Shown here piece after piece: positions 24,778 through 38,887 of a DNA stretch of 64,000 bases. Made by a program: the position numbers and the translations under genes. The notes beneath the pieces are model-generated. The model searched no databases, was not told where the DNA came from, and saw nothing but the letters and a program-made list of their open reading frames with translations. The stretch covers positions 1,782,912 through 1,846,911 of the forward strand of contig NW_019217784.1 in assembly GCF_002571385.2 (NCBI RefSeq), written 5' to 3'. Position 1 is the stretch's first letter; each line of letters begins with the position of its first letter. This DNA is from Stylophora pistillata. Lineage: Eukaryota.

Positions 24778-27700
24778 CAGCTCTATAAACGAATGATGTG
24801 ACCAGCTACTCGCTGTATCCCACAGGGTGTCAGTATCTCATCGTACTGCATATACGTACCTGAGCTCGGCAGTTCTGTTCTGTTAAGACTGTGACTTCAG
24901 TGGAAATTGGACAATAACCTGATTGAGTTATAAATAGACCCTTTTTCCTCATACTCATAGATAAATCATATCCGTCAAAACAGTTCAATTAACCTTTGGC
25001 CTAGCCTTCTTTCACGATTAACTATTTTTTATAAACGTTAATTTAGAAGTCCTTCGAGAACTTTTCCCAAAATAGGATTAAATTCGTCATATTTTACCAC
25101 TAGAAAACGAGTAACCCGGGAAGCTCAAATGAGCGGTATAATTAAGCAAATTAATGAAGTTGTTTGTATCATATTGATTAATTTTTCGAGTTCATCAGGG
25201 GTATTGAATATTTGCAATATAACATCCGTTCAATAAGTTTCTGCGTTCTTCCTGTTCCACCTTGCTACAAAAGCCCGATGATTAGAAATACTCGTATGTT
25301 GTTCAAAAACTTTAAAAAAATATGCTTCCACGAAGGTTTTGAAACTAACAAAACATTAACTGCTTCGAAACTCATAGGCAGAAAATTTCAAGCAAAACGT
25401 TTTTCGGTTTCGACGGCGTCACCAGAGCACAAACAGGAAAACTTACAGAGCGTAAAATTGGTTTCTAGCGTGTAGNNNNNNNNNNNNNNNNNNNNNNNNN
25501 NNNNNNNNNNNNNNNNNNNNNNNNNNNNNNNNNNNNNNNNNNNNNNNNNNNNNNNNNNNNNNNNNNNNNNNNNNNNNNNNNNNNNNNNNNNNNNNNNNNN
25601 NNNNNNNNNNNNNNNNNNNNNNNNNNNNNNNNNNNNNNNNNNNNNNNNNNNNNNNNNNNNNNNNNNNNNNNNNNNNNNNNNNNNNNNNNNNNNNNNNNNN
25701 NNNNNNNNNNNNNNNNNNNNNNNNNNNNNNNNNNNNNNNNNNNNNNNNNNNNNNNNNNNNNNNNNNNNNNNNNNNNNNNNNNNNNNNNNNNNNNNNNNNN
25801 NNNNNNNNNNNNNNNNNNNNNNNNNNNNNNNNNNNNNNNNNNNNNNNNNNNNNNNNNNNNNNNNNNNNNNNNNNNNNNNNNNNNNNNNNNNNNNNNNNNN
25901 NNNNNNNNNNNNNNNNNNNNNNNNNNNNNNNNNNNNNNNNNNNNNNNNNNNNNNNNNNNNNNNNNNNNNNNNNNNNNNNNNNNNNNNNNNNNNNNNNNNN
26001 NNNNNNNNNNNNNNNNNNNNNNNNNNNNNNNNNNNNNNNNNNNNNNNNNNNNNNNNNNNNNNNNNNNNNNNNNNNNNNNNNNNNNNNNTGATACGCAGAT
26101 AGGTGAACAGATGTTTCTCTGACGTATATTTGCTTTTGATTTGTTCACTCTGCTTTGTTGTCATGTTTTCACTCAGTACTGCGATATGATGATTCTGGGC
26201 AATTAAATGATATCTTAAGGCGAGAATGGGAGAAACTGAACAAACAGAACATCAAACTTAAGTTCATCGAGACTACAAGAGAAATTAAAGCGAATTTATC
26301 GCTCGTTCAGGTCGGCTTTTGCTCAATTATCATTATCACAATGCAGTATATTTATTTCGAGTACTGTTTGACTTCCAAACGATTACAAAAAAAAAAAAAA
26401 AGAAACTACGTCAATTCCAAAGGTTAAACCAAAATCCACTCATTCGTTTAAACTCGTAACTTTGTCATGAAATAAGAGACTTCTACTATTTTCTCTGCAC
26501 ACGTTTATTCAGTAAAGTTTTAGAATAATTTTCGAAATAATGTTATGACGGAGCCAGCGTTTCTTAAGAAGAAGGTCGAAGCTCAAGCATGACTAAACAG
26601 CAGCTGTCATTTTTAACTCCGAGCTTGACTAATCACGCGTTCATAAATATGAGAGGAACTCAGTCATGTGCTATTGCAGGTGATATTAATCTCAAGAAGA
26701 TGAATGCTAGTTTTTTTTCAAAGTTTGACAACCTAGTGGTTAATAAAAGTTAATGAAACATGAATTTGCTCGGTCGAGGCCGAGAAAATCTGACTTGTTT
26801 TGAACTTGACAGCTCGCACAACAAAATGTTTACAAATTTAGAAAAGGTACAAAATCAACGCTTTGAAGAAAAGTTTGGTGATTTTGTTTTATTACGTAAA
26901 GCGTGCAATAAAACTCTTGAGTTAGATAAAAAACTCCATGGCCGAATTCTCGAGAAAATTTCGTTCATTTTCGAGAGTTTCTTTTGCAAAAAGCTCTTAA
27001 CGTTGGTATGGCGCGCAAAGTATTCACAATAATTAAGCCTGGCAATGCGGAACTCGATCGAATTTATGCATTCAATTGGAAACCAAACTAAAGGACAACA
27101 AAGAAGCTATATTGGTTTCAGAAAAAAATCGATAACGTACTACTTAGCGGCATAAAAGTGATATTGTTATCTTGTTGCAAATATGATGAAATTCAGTTTT
27201 ATATTCCATTGCATAGTTTTCCAGATGAACATAATTTTTTCCATGTTAATTCTTGCTTTGATTAGGAATGATTAGGTTCAGTTTCCGTCATGACCTGATG
27301 ATGTAAAGCAAGCTGACATCAGAGGGAAAGATTGCAGAATCTTTACTAATCAACTGGGAAAAACACAATCGTAAAGCAATATATAGAAGAAAACTATCTG
27401 CGTTGAAATAAAACCGTCTATCGTATACAAAAGTGCTGCTGATACGCTTTTCAAATGTTTTTAAGAAATCTGAAAAAAACCTCTTCCAACAATGATATTT
27501 TCCTCCCTGCTTCGTTGTTTGAAAGTCTGTCAGGAAACCAGTTCATGTTTCTATTCATATTGCACCTTCAAAAAGTCGTTTGCCTTTGTGTTAGGGCATT
27601 CCTGTTTTGGAAAAAGTCTTTGAAATATCACGTAGTTCGTGTTTACTTACAGCGCATCGATATATTTACCCAATTCACATTCATTAAATTTAGAGTTTAC

Positions 27701-30552
27701 TTTTGCAATTGAAACGTGGCCTCTGAGATGCTGACGAAAGCAAACCAAATGGATCAGTTCAAAACGACGAAAATGAAATTACTTTGACAATATAATATTA
27801 AACCTCCAAGATTTGCCAAAGGACGATTTTTGATAGAAGCTAAACCTACGCGAACATCTTGGGTATGCTTTATCAGTGCTCGTTTTTGGCCAGTAGTTTT
27901 ATCTTAAAATCAGAGAATTTTCTGTCGGTTAATTATATCAGCGAAACAGGAAAAACTTTTGAAAGCAGCTGGGAGTAAGCGATGCGCAGAAAAGCGAACA
28001 CAAAAGCACACGATATTAAATTCTATTACGTTAACAAAGGCGTCTCTCTTTGATGCTAAATTTCCAAAACTCGAAACGTGTTGAGACAAAGCCCTCAAAA
28101 TGCAAACTGAGTGAAGCCTAAGCCTCGCGGGTGAATAGCTTGAAGCCCATTTGCGCAAAAACCTCTGCATTTTAATACAAACCTCTCACTCTCAGTTGCC
28201 ACTGGGAAAGACTCATCTACCGTGAAAAACTTGCGATCTTCGCAACTCGATAAAATCGACCTATACGGTTCGAATCGAATTATCTAGCCGCACGAAAGTT
28301 CGTTAATTAATAGTTAAGTTGTTTTTTTCCCTTTTATTGTCTATATTGTATTTAGAAAGAGCTTTGTTCCTTCAACCGTGGTGAACCATTACCATAACAA
28401 GAGACACATGATCATTTGTTTTCGCAACGACCGAAGAAGTTTTGACATCATAATAGCCCACAGTGTTCAACGGCGCGCGCCAGTTGCGAGACGTTAGGCT
28501 CCAGGGTGAACAACATACGTTACACTCCTACTCTTCCAAAAGTCGTGCTCAGAGCCAAAATCATTAGAATTTTTTCAATCTTCGTGTAACAGGGGATATC
28601 TGAGGATTTTGAAGAGGAACAACTTACTTGTCTGGCGACGCAGTTTACAGATACAAAGATGATGGTAAGTTTTCGCGCCGAAACTGATATAATTTAGACA
28701 ACTTTCGAACCATGACATAGAATTGAACCACTACTAAAGAGGAAATCAGAGAGCGCTTGCCTTCATAGTAGCTGAAGGAAAGAAATGTAGTTTTTGTAGC
28801 GTTTTTACTCAGCAAAACTTATCTGCATGTAACGATGGTCTTTTTGCCACAAAGTTACCCGTGTAAAACAGCTACCTAATTTACTATTCATTACTACACC
28901 CAAAGACTTTGGTATTTTTTCCTGTTTCGGAAATTTTTTTTTCATTCTCGTCGTGGAGTGTGTTATTATAAAGCTCCTTGCAGTGGAGATTGACGGATAT
29001 TTTTAGTGCCAGTGGTCAGGCGCCTAATGGATGGATTATTCAATATTAGAGCTAATGCTGCCGAAAAGTACAGAGGCCGTATAACGTGTTGCGGCCGACT
29101 TCTGCAATTCACGCATGACTGCGATCCTATTCATAAAAACATGTGCAATCACTGGAGTGGAAAATTAATTACTTTCAACACGCCAAAAATGTGCGCTTGA
29201 GAACACTTGATTCACTTTCGAATATTTAGTTACATCAGCTGAATTTCACTTTCGTAACTAGGAAAATGATCGAGCATTATAAAAGCGATCTCAAAGTTAA
29301 GTAATAACCTCGTTGCTATATTTTGGTGTGTCATCTTTCTTAAAAAAATTCCTGAGATGCACGTTATTCAGTACATCCTTGAAGAAAGTATTGTCTATTT
29401 TATTGATGTCAAGAATCTGCATCTTGCTTAGTTGCAAAAACTTTGACAATATCACAAAGTAGATAATGAAGATAAAAACAGAGATAAGACCTTTGAAACG
29501 AAGGATTTTAAAGCTCTGAAAAATCGCCTTTGAGTTTGTCATGTCCATTTGAATTATCAATAAATGATCAATTTTTTAAAATATACGATTACATCATAAC
29601 TTTTAATTTAATTCTCCGAGTTTCATAATTATAATTTCTCTGCTGTCTTATCAAGAATCGAAAATTCAGGACGTGTGCTTTTAGTTTTGAGATTACAAAT
29701 CACGGCCAGAAACGATATATTCTATTTGTGAGGTATGATGTAATTTTAGCAAAATAGTCCATTATGAAAATCTCTTTTTATTATTTTAATTTGACGAAGT
29801 AAAGTAATCAACAAAAGTTTTCTATTTTGGGTAATCAAAGCGTCAAACAAACTATTTTGAGACCAAATGAATATGAAAATCAGCGGCTTCAATAGTGGAC
29901 TTTTTGTTCTGCAATTTCGTCACTTGGAAACCGAATAAAACATTATAGTGTAAACAGAGTATAGCTACTCATAGAGGAGTAATTCTCTTGGAGATAAAAC
30001 AGACAATATATCCAGTAATGACTCCTAATATCTGGAATAAGAAGGCTCTTATTTGTTACAGTGCTGATTTTTAAGAACTTGTAGTATCGTAGTATTGGCT
30101 GAAGCGGCAAGCAGCGAAGAAACAATATATTTCAGAAACAATATAACTACGATAGACAATTTCCTCATGTCTTGTTTTGGCTGGTGCAAATTTCGATCTC
30201 CTTGCCACAAATCTGCTTCGTAAAATATGGATTGTGTTAACTCTTTAACAGCTTAATAAAAAAAGTCCGACGTTTCTTCTGTATAGAATTTTTTTTTTCG
30301 GATTCACGAGTCAGACGGAATTATCTTTTGGCACTATTTCAAGGTTTAAAAATACCTGAGAATACGACAGATTAAAACAGACGTCGCTTTTTTAGCCTTT
30401 GATTGCTCCGTCTGTCCTTAAAATACAATGTTCAATATCTCGAGTTCTTATAATTGGATAAGTGAAACAGTTTGGTGGTAGAACACAGCAGCTATTCCTC
30501 GTGGCTACGATGTAAGCTAACAAAACGATCTCCCTTCGTTTTTCAAACGAAA

Positions 30553-30590
30553 GTTGTTGTTGTTGTTGTTGTTGTTGCTGTTGTTGTTGT
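30553..30590. repeat. (GTT)n microsatellite
   Basis: Read directly from the sequence. Confidence 0.9.
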
Positions 30591-32917
30591 TTTCTTCTGC
30601 AATCCAGAAAAAAAAGCTCTTCCACTTTCACAGGTACTCCTTTCTTATTCCGTCTCGACACATGGCTGTTGACTCCAATATCTATCTCTCGATATCTCCA
30701 ACTGTTATGGTGAGATGACTATATCTAAACGGGCCTTTTAGATATATTGATTCAAGTAAGGAGATGATTGCATAAAGCTGGAAAAAATACTTTTAATTGT
30801 TGCTGAACTATATTTTTGTTATTTGCAAATTCGCTCAACACAAAAATATCAAAACAAGACAACTTTGGGAGAGGTCACGTACGGTTGTTTTGCTCGTGTT
30901 TTTCTTTGAAATAATTTGGCCTTTCAACTTCAATTTGGCCGTTTACTGTCATTGAGGTTAATTAATGCACGTGCTATTCTTAACCCTTGTCTCAACGCCA
31001 CGTGCAATGCTATGGAGGCCTCATCATTAAAATCAAAACTAATGATCTTTTCTTTAAATACACTTGCAATGTATATCATTAGCTGCTTTACGTCAAAGTG
31101 AAATGTGACGTGAGTACCACAACATTACTTAATAATCTTACAATTCAACCTTTGGGTAGAGTTAAATTTGTAAATTTCTTTGTAAGATGCAAGCCTTTTC
31201 ACACGTTTTGCCAGGTTACCATAGCAAAGAACTGGAGTATTTTTAGAGTACTTCACAACATAACAACAAGTATTGCTCCCTTGATAATGCCACTTTTTAT
31301 TGATAATCGTTTTATTTGGGTAAGATCCTTTACAAATTGGAGTCACAGTGAGGGCTCTTTATTCTGCGAGGAAATTTTAAGTGCAGAAAGTCGCCAAAAC
31401 GTAATCAGATAAAGAGGTCTGAGGTCCTGAGGGAAGAAAGGAGCAAAGATTCCCTGTTGAATTATAAGAGATGGTGAGTCTATTCATAATAGACGCGAAT
31501 GCGCCAAAAACAGCTTATGATGTCATTGATCAGGGAGGTGTTATAAATCTTTGAATTCCGCATGCCTGTCGTTAGACAGTTTTCAACTTCTCCAGACGAG
31601 CAATTCAGAAAATTTCTCTCCGTTTACACGATAATCTATTTCTTCAGAATCTTTCTCTCAGCTTTAAGTTTTTTCTTCCTTGAATTTTTCGTATGTTTCA
31701 AACCATGATATTGATAGCTTGAGTAGCGGTAATCTTCTAAAAGGAACACAGAAACACATAATTTTCTTTTTCAATTATTGGATAAAAACTCTGAGAAATC
31801 TACACCTAAAATGTTAAGAAGACGTTTGCACCATCTTTCCGATTCCACTTTAAAACTCTTTATCTGATAGAAACTGAGAAAGGCAAATAAATATTTGGTG
31901 GACGAATGAATCATTTTGGCTATACCAATATAAGGTGGTTAACGATTGTTTAGTTTTTTTTCATGATACCATCGCTGATTTTCCGATTGAACAAACATCG
32001 CATTAAATGGATTTTCATTGTTTTCATTTTAATGCGTTTTTGCGTCAGTGCTGACGTTAGCAGAGCTACTCCCGACTTTGAAATGATGCACTTCTGCAAA
32101 ACAACTCATTAGTACTTTATCTTATGATGACTCTTTTCCGTTCCCAAATGACCCCAAGGGCTGTCTTGCTTAAGCAATGCTTACTGAGCAAAAAAAGAAA
32201 GCAAAAACAATGGAACCAGTTGAACCTCTAGCCACAAACAGACACATCTCCATGAATCCGTTATTCACATTTTCCTCTCCTGGGCGAGGAAACTGATACA
32301 AAATTAACAAAGTAAGAAAAAGCACAGAGTTGTATCCTTACTTGAATAAGATGTGATTGTTGTTAAGAAACGAATATTAATTGAACTTAACACCAAGTAG
32401 TTTTATTTTTACTACTTTAACTCTTTTTCGCCAAATCTTGCAAGAAGAAATGATATAGCTTTGTCAGGACACGTTGCAATTGTTCTTAAAAAAGTCTTGG
32501 ACTGTGATGCCGAGTCAAGGTATCCCGCCTTTTATTAGAAGTACCACTGAGGAGTCTCTGAAAACAACCCAGAATTTGCCTACCGTTAAACGTCCTTGCA
32601 ACTGTTTGTGCTGTTGTTTCTAGAATTTTGTTTAGGTGTTGATACAAGACTGGTTTTTGATTATCTAACAAAACTTACCGGTTTATCGATTTTCAATAGC
32701 GCTGCAAAACAAGCGTCAGTAAAAAAACAGAAGCCAATATTTGACTGATATATTGAGTTCATGTTTATATTTATCGCTATTTTTGCTTTGTGACGCGTGT
32801 GGATGTAGCTTTGTAATAAAACAACCTCGCATTTGACCGGTAGATATATTTAACGGCCTTCTTACCGTAACTAAGTAATCCTGTTCTTCTAGTTACACTT
32901 TTACTGTCTTTCTTGCG

Positions 32918-35424
32918 ATGCAGGCATCCACTGTTGAAAAGGCAGCGGCATTCCCGAGAACACAGCTTAGCACTGTCAAGGAAAAACGGCCAAAAGAAGC
33001 AATCATAAAACCGCGGGGTTTTGCCTTCACGGCCGAAGACCTGTATAATTATCTGCACCAGAAGACTGGAAATGTTGAGACAATTAACATTGAAGAGTCT
33101 AAGAGCAAGAAACTGGAAGAAAATGGTTCAGGAATGGAGAAACCTTCTTCATGTAGGTTGATGTCTTTTTTTAGACTTGCTTGTTTATTCGAATTATTGT
33201 TTCTTGATTGAATCAATCAATTCAGTGTTTGTTTGCTTTCTGTGAGGCCATCGTTCGGTTCCAGACGTAAACGATTCTGCTGACCTTTATTCCAAAATGG
33301 CTGGTCCGTTTTCATTGAAGCACTTTCAAATCGAAATAAATCGACAACAGTATCATATAAAAACGTTTCTTGATTTCGTGGATTTGCACGGCCTAAAGCC
33401 TAAGTCTTACAAAACGTAAAGTGCAAATTTGGGAGCGAATGGTTCCTGGTAAGAATTTGGATAACAAAAGCACCTTCCCTCCTTTTTTTTGTGAGTGGAT
33501 ATATACATATATCATCGCCAAAGTTAAGAAGAAAACAAATTTCATTCCAATCCTTTTCCTCAGTTTGCAGAATCTGTAACAAGATCTATACAATCCGCTG
33601 CCCTATTCATCCACCCTCTAGCCAATCGGAGCCGAGCCTGCCAGGAGACTGGAACAGCTACGCCTTGAAATCTTTCCCGGATGTAGTTCAGCTGTGTAAG
33701 TCCAGCATACCTGGCAAGAAGCATGGAGTGTCCGCGAAACAACACATTCCTGTGGGCACGTGGATCGGACCCTATGAGGGAAAACGGATTAATCCCGAAG
33801 ATGTCAAACCCAGTATGGACTCTTCTTACCTGTGGGAGGTACGAGACAAAACAAAAACACCTATATCAGTTTCAAGTTAGGTATTGAGAAAGATTTTTAT
33901 ATTGAAAAACCTAAAACTAAGCTTAAAAGCAAGATTTCTAGGATGCGCGGTCTTAAGATGAATAGGACACAGTTTGCTTTCTACTCGTCAATTCATTTCA
34001 TCAATTAATGTCGCAGGTTTACATTGCATTTACCTGAACGAACACAGTAAACAGAATGTATAAAGAACTTTCTATTGTGCATACATTTCGATGGATGATT
34101 TTTAACCTGACTCTTATTCATTTTAGATCTACAAAGATGGCCAAATTTTGTATTACCTCGATGCAACGGACGAGAACTCGTCCAGCTGGATGCGATTCAT
34201 TAAATGTGCTCGCCACAGAAGCGAGCAAAACCTGTTTGCTTTCCAGTACTGTGGCAACATTTATTACCGAGCGTTCAGGGATATTCCTGTAGGAACAGAG
34301 CTGCTTGTGTGGTACGAAGATATCTACCCACAATATTTTGGTATTCCGATAAGCATTCACGACTTGAATTCAACGGGTAAGACCAGTTTTTCTTGATATC
34401 TCTCTCACATATGACACGTAGAATGCCACACAACTGCCTATATCGCCTTTGTTTCGATTCATCCCTCTTGTCATTGTTATAGGAAAAATAAAGATAGAAT
34501 TGACAAGAAAGCGAATGGCTAAAACAATATTGAAGACGAGTTTGACATGACACTCTTGCGATTTAATTGATAACAAGAAATGTCAGACTTGTCAGGCAGT
34601 TTTCGAAGTTCGACTATGATACTAATTTTAGTTTACTTTGCTCTTTAGGATCCAGGCCTTACCCAGTAATGCCAACGACTTACACAGATGGACAACAGGT
34701 CTCCCCCATTCCTCCTCCGTCAATAACAGCTGGAAAACAAGCCTCTGCTCAATTACAAACATCTTCTAATAGGAGATCACCACGTGACTCACCTCCGACA
34801 AGACCTACGCAGACTCCAAGCGCGACAGAAGGAGAGGTCCATGTAAAAAAACAGGCTCCAAAGGAAAACATCAAGAGGAAATGTGAAGATAGCAATGGCA
34901 GCAACAAGAAGGCGAAGATGCAGAACACGCCCAAGACTGACGGACCAAAGGAGATGCTTAGGAAATTGGAGGAAGCGCGTCTCAAGGACCTACAGGACAA
35001 GACGGAGTTGCCATGTGAATGGCCTCGTGTTGCTGATGGGGAATTCATCTTGGAAAATGGCGAACCAAAGATCTGGCATTGTGGTCAATGCGACAAGTCT
35101 TTCGCTCAGCGCAGCTTGCTTCAAATGCAGATCTGTGCAAGAAATCCAAACAGACCTTACCAATGCGGCCACTGTTCGCAGGAGTTTGCGCATCCTAACG
35201 AGTTGCGTACGCATGCTGTCATTCATTCAGGGAAAAAACCATTCAAGTGCGGGTTTTGCTCGCGGACTTTCGCCGGAGCAACAACTCTTAACAACCACGT
35301 CCGAACCCACACAGGAGAAAGGCCTTTTACCTGCAACAAGTGCTACAAAACATTTTCACAAGCATCGCAACTTAGCAAGCACAAAAGATCTCTCTACGAG
35401 TGTTTGCCCAGAGACAATTACTGA
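32918..35424 (+). CDS. PRDM6: PRDM6-like PR/SET-domain zinc-finger protein, paralogue g3 (~511 aa)
   Basis: Exons 32918(or 32924)-33152, 33564-33838, 34127-34376 and 34649-35424 (phases 1,0,1). Motif [12 protein letters not shown], zinc knuckle CRIC..CPIH, intact PR domain and four fingers, with ZF1 His replaced by Gln (LLQMQIC). The true start may be an upstream ATG|GT exon. AATAAA at 36063-36068. Confidence 0.9.
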
Positions 35425-36440
35425 TTCATGACACACACGAGGTTTTTACATTTGATAACGTTCTGTAAAGGGAAAACTCACACTCTAAAAGTGCTTTTAG
35501 CAGCACTGTGTCTTTCCAGATTGTATAGTTACTGACGTTGACTAAAGTTTATGCTTACGTTTCGATTTTTCGCCTTTTATACACACCTGATTGAGATAAT
35601 TCGCCTGTGTAGTCAACAGTCATTTTATAGTTCATGTCATTTTTTAAATATTCCTGTTCCAACCCTGTACAAAGACAAGGAAGTATGTGGAATAAGAGGG
35701 AATAGTCTTTCAGAAATAACCTGATTAAGTTATGAAAAAATTTTTTTTTTATTCCAACTCATTTAAATCTCATTTAGGTTGTAAAAAAACAAGATGCACT
35801 TTTTGATAGTCAGGAATAACCAGACTTTAAGTTAAAAAATAGACGACAAAATACTGGAAATTTTCAAACTATGGTTTTTATTGTTATTCCCCTACCGAGT
35901 AATTCTTCAATACAGTGATAGTGTTCTGCAGGCATCTTTATAGGCTTCATCTTGTAAATAGTCATCGAGTGATATCTTGTACATTTACCAAACCTTTGAA
36001 AAAGGCATATATTTATAATTCAAACCATTCATTTTCGTAATATGAATCAACAGTCAGTTATGAATAAATAACTTCCTTGCTTTATCAAAACTCTGTGTTC
36101 GTTTTTTTACCATTTGGGGGATAATTCAATTACTTCACTTTGGAGAATGAACACTGAAAGACTGTGGCGGTTCCCACCCTACCCCACTGAGTCTTTTACG
36201 CTCAATGACGTGGTATCACTGACGCGATATCCCTTAACCTTCTCACTAACATCTAAAAACCCAATTCAGCCAACCGATGATCATAAATTTCTTTATTGAC
36301 TCATTTGAGAACTGGCAGTTAAATCCACTCTGTGAAAGAAGTCTCCCTTTAAATTTTTTCGCAGTTCTTATCACTATCGTAACTTTCAGTTTGACAAAAT
36401 TGTCCAAGAGAAGTTGACCTGTTCCATATTTTTAGTTAAC

Positions 36441-36785
36441 AGGGAGATTTAGCACCGCGTTTACGTGAAACGGCAATCTTCGGCTTGCCCTTTCACGTTT
36501 CACGCAATATAGCGTGAACTTTGCTGCTTTAGCTTGGCGTGAGCTTACGTCATGGTTAATTTGAAGGCGCCCTTGTATGACTTAGAAGGAAAAGTTTTGC
36601 TGCCCTTTTCTCGGGCATTAACTTCTACTTTGTGGGAGAAAAAAGTGAAGAAAATCTTACGTACACGGCAACTGCAAAACAGGTTACTTTCAAGTAAAAA
36701 CCGCAAAGCGTAACCAGGAAGCGAGAAAAAATGGCGGGAAAAAGAAGGTCACGTGGTCACTCTTGCCGTTCACGTAAAAGCGGTT
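36441..36785. mobile_element. Degenerate MITE-like inverted-repeat element
   Basis: AGGGAGATTTAGC start and inverted pair ACCGCGTTTACGTGAAACGGCAA / TTGCCGTTCACGTAAAAGCGGT. Right terminus eroded. Confidence 0.45.
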
Positions 36786-36870
36786 GGAGGGTGTCGACGG
36801 CAAAGAAAACAAACTCTGTTATACAATGTTACGTTGCAATACTATGTTACGTCGTAGTGACGGAGAAACT

Positions 36871-38117
36871 AGGGAGCTTAAGTAACCACGACGACAAACG
36901 GAGGACGATGACCGGAAGTAGCAAGAAAGTCACTGCGCAAGCGCGAACCAAGAATTCCGCCGCCTTCTTGTCGTCGACGACTTGAGACGGACCTGTTTCA
37001 CGTCGTCGTGAACTTCCGAACTTCAAAGCAGTTTTTCTCATCAAAAAGTGCGGGTTTGTTGTCAGATTTTAGACAGTCTATAGCCGGTTGGAGTTTTTAT
37101 TCGCTTCTTCGCTTGATTTAAACCACCCTGTTCAATTTCCTAAACAAATAAAACTCGAAAACCCACCAACTCATATTCCTTCCTCCGCACAACAGATGTC
37201 AAGTCAAGCGGTGAAAGCGACCACGTCAGGTTTAAATTTATTTGAGTATATTTTATGTAAGAGTGCTGTTTATCATTTTTATTAAATGAAAATTTTTAAA
37301 TGGCAGTGTAATACACCTCTGTGCTCGGTCAAAAGCTGTGTATGGAACTGCCGGTTTATTGCTATTAAAAATTTTGCGTGTTGCTGTTCTTCAATCGAGA
37401 CGCTTTAAACAACAAAGAATTCTTCAGATCGGTGTGTTAACATGAGTTTGAATACCTGTCAGGTTTTCCGAATCTATTTTCAAAATGTTTGATATAGATT
37501 TACAGCCACAAAAATTATTCCGACAAAATCACACGGGAAAAATAGTATTCTTGGGTGAAGCGCAACGACTACTATCTGTGCCGATCGCTAGCTAACATTG
37601 ACAGACTTACGTCGTTTGCTCGCCAAAGGAAGGAGCATCAAAGGTAGAACAAATCAGGCTAAAGCATGTTGAAAATCAGACAAACCTTGTGCAAATTAGG
37701 TTTGTTTATATCAGCAACACTTAGAACTGAATTTAAATCTCAAACAACTTGCGTAAAATTTAATATTTTAAACTTTTGCGATGCGTAAATTATTGTAAAT
37801 AAAGCTAAAGCTTAATAATTCCTTGGACTGTTGATGTTCAAGAATTGAATAACCTACTCTCGAACTTTCGATATATACGAAGAAATTTGATCCATGAGTG
37901 AGAAGAAGAAGGTTTTGGACGTCTATGAACGATGTCATTTCTTAAACTGATCCGAAGCGAGAATAAACAAGATTTCAAGATTTCAGACGTCGCCGTCCTT
38001 GAGCAACTTCACTGCCTAAGTTTCATTTTCCCGCTAAAAACGACGTCCTCGTTCCAGACCCTCCGCGATTGCTTGACTTCGTCGTCGTCCCTTTCGTCGT
38101 GGCTGCTGAAGCTCCCT
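36871..38117. mobile_element. Non-autonomous DNA transposon with a 3-bp TSD (PIF/Harbinger superfamily-like)
   Basis: TIRs AGGGAGCTTAAGTAACCACGACGA / TCGTCGTGGCTGCTGAAGCTCCCT. ACT duplicated at 36868-36870 and 38118-38120. Confidence 0.75.
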
Positions 38118-38126
38118 ACTAACTTT

Positions 38127-38887
38127 TGTCAGAGAGGCCGACCCGCGCTGGCGAGAGGGGCCAATACTCTTCTTNNNNNNNNNNNNNNNNNNNNNNNNNN
38201 NNNNNNNNNNNNNNNNNNNNNNNNNNNNNNNNNNNNNNNNNNNNNNNNNNNNNNNNNNNNNNNNNNNNNNNNNNNNNNNNNNNNNNNNNNNNNNNNNNNN
38301 NNNNCCAACCACTTATTCTGCTAAACCGTCTCCCTCGTGCATACCCCTAGGTTCTCTATTGGCCAACATATTTCTCTATTGGCCAACATATTTGGGTTAT
38401 AGGCGATTGACTTTGGAGGATTAAATCTCTTGACCAAGGCGCTAAGCCAGATACTTTCATGGCACCGTAGAACTAAGCAACAAAGTGTTTGATATTCTCC
38501 TAATAAAGAGCCGATCTGTGGACACTGTAACCAAAACAGGAACTCTGGTGTTGGTCCTAACCAAGCCGGTCGGTAGATAAATCCAAACATGACCTCCGTT
38601 GGAAGTCATTGTTCCAGAAGCACGTTTAACAAACTACTCAAAGGTAAAAACAACGAGTTCGGTCTTGCAGGCTCTCGTGCACAAGACGGACATGAGGACC
38701 TCAGAATAATCAATCAAACCTAAACGGCTTTAAGAAAAAGAACTCATAATAAAGTAAAAAACACGACCAATTCAGAAAGACAATTCAGACAAGTAGACAA
38801 AGCAGACGATAATCAGGAAACTCGATTTGTGGGGTTTTTAGACTATTCAACAATAATGCTAACCTTGAAAAACCTTGAACCTTGACA
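38127..38887. mobile_element. Candidate solo LTR
   Basis: Bounded by TGTCA...TGACA with flanks CTTT / CTTC (3 of 4 match). Internal tandem TTCTCTATTGGCCAACATATT (CCAAT boxes) and AATAAA. Spans an N-gap. Confidence 0.45.

Noticed and set aside
25388-26164. Long ORFs of 227-258 aa
   Set aside because: Almost entirely N-gap.
30392-30661. ORF starting MSRRNKKGVP with polyQ, reminiscent of the MSRRKQxxP NuRD-binding motif
   Set aside because: The start is a GTG rather than ATG, the motif match is loose, and the polyQ is a (GTT)n microsatellite.
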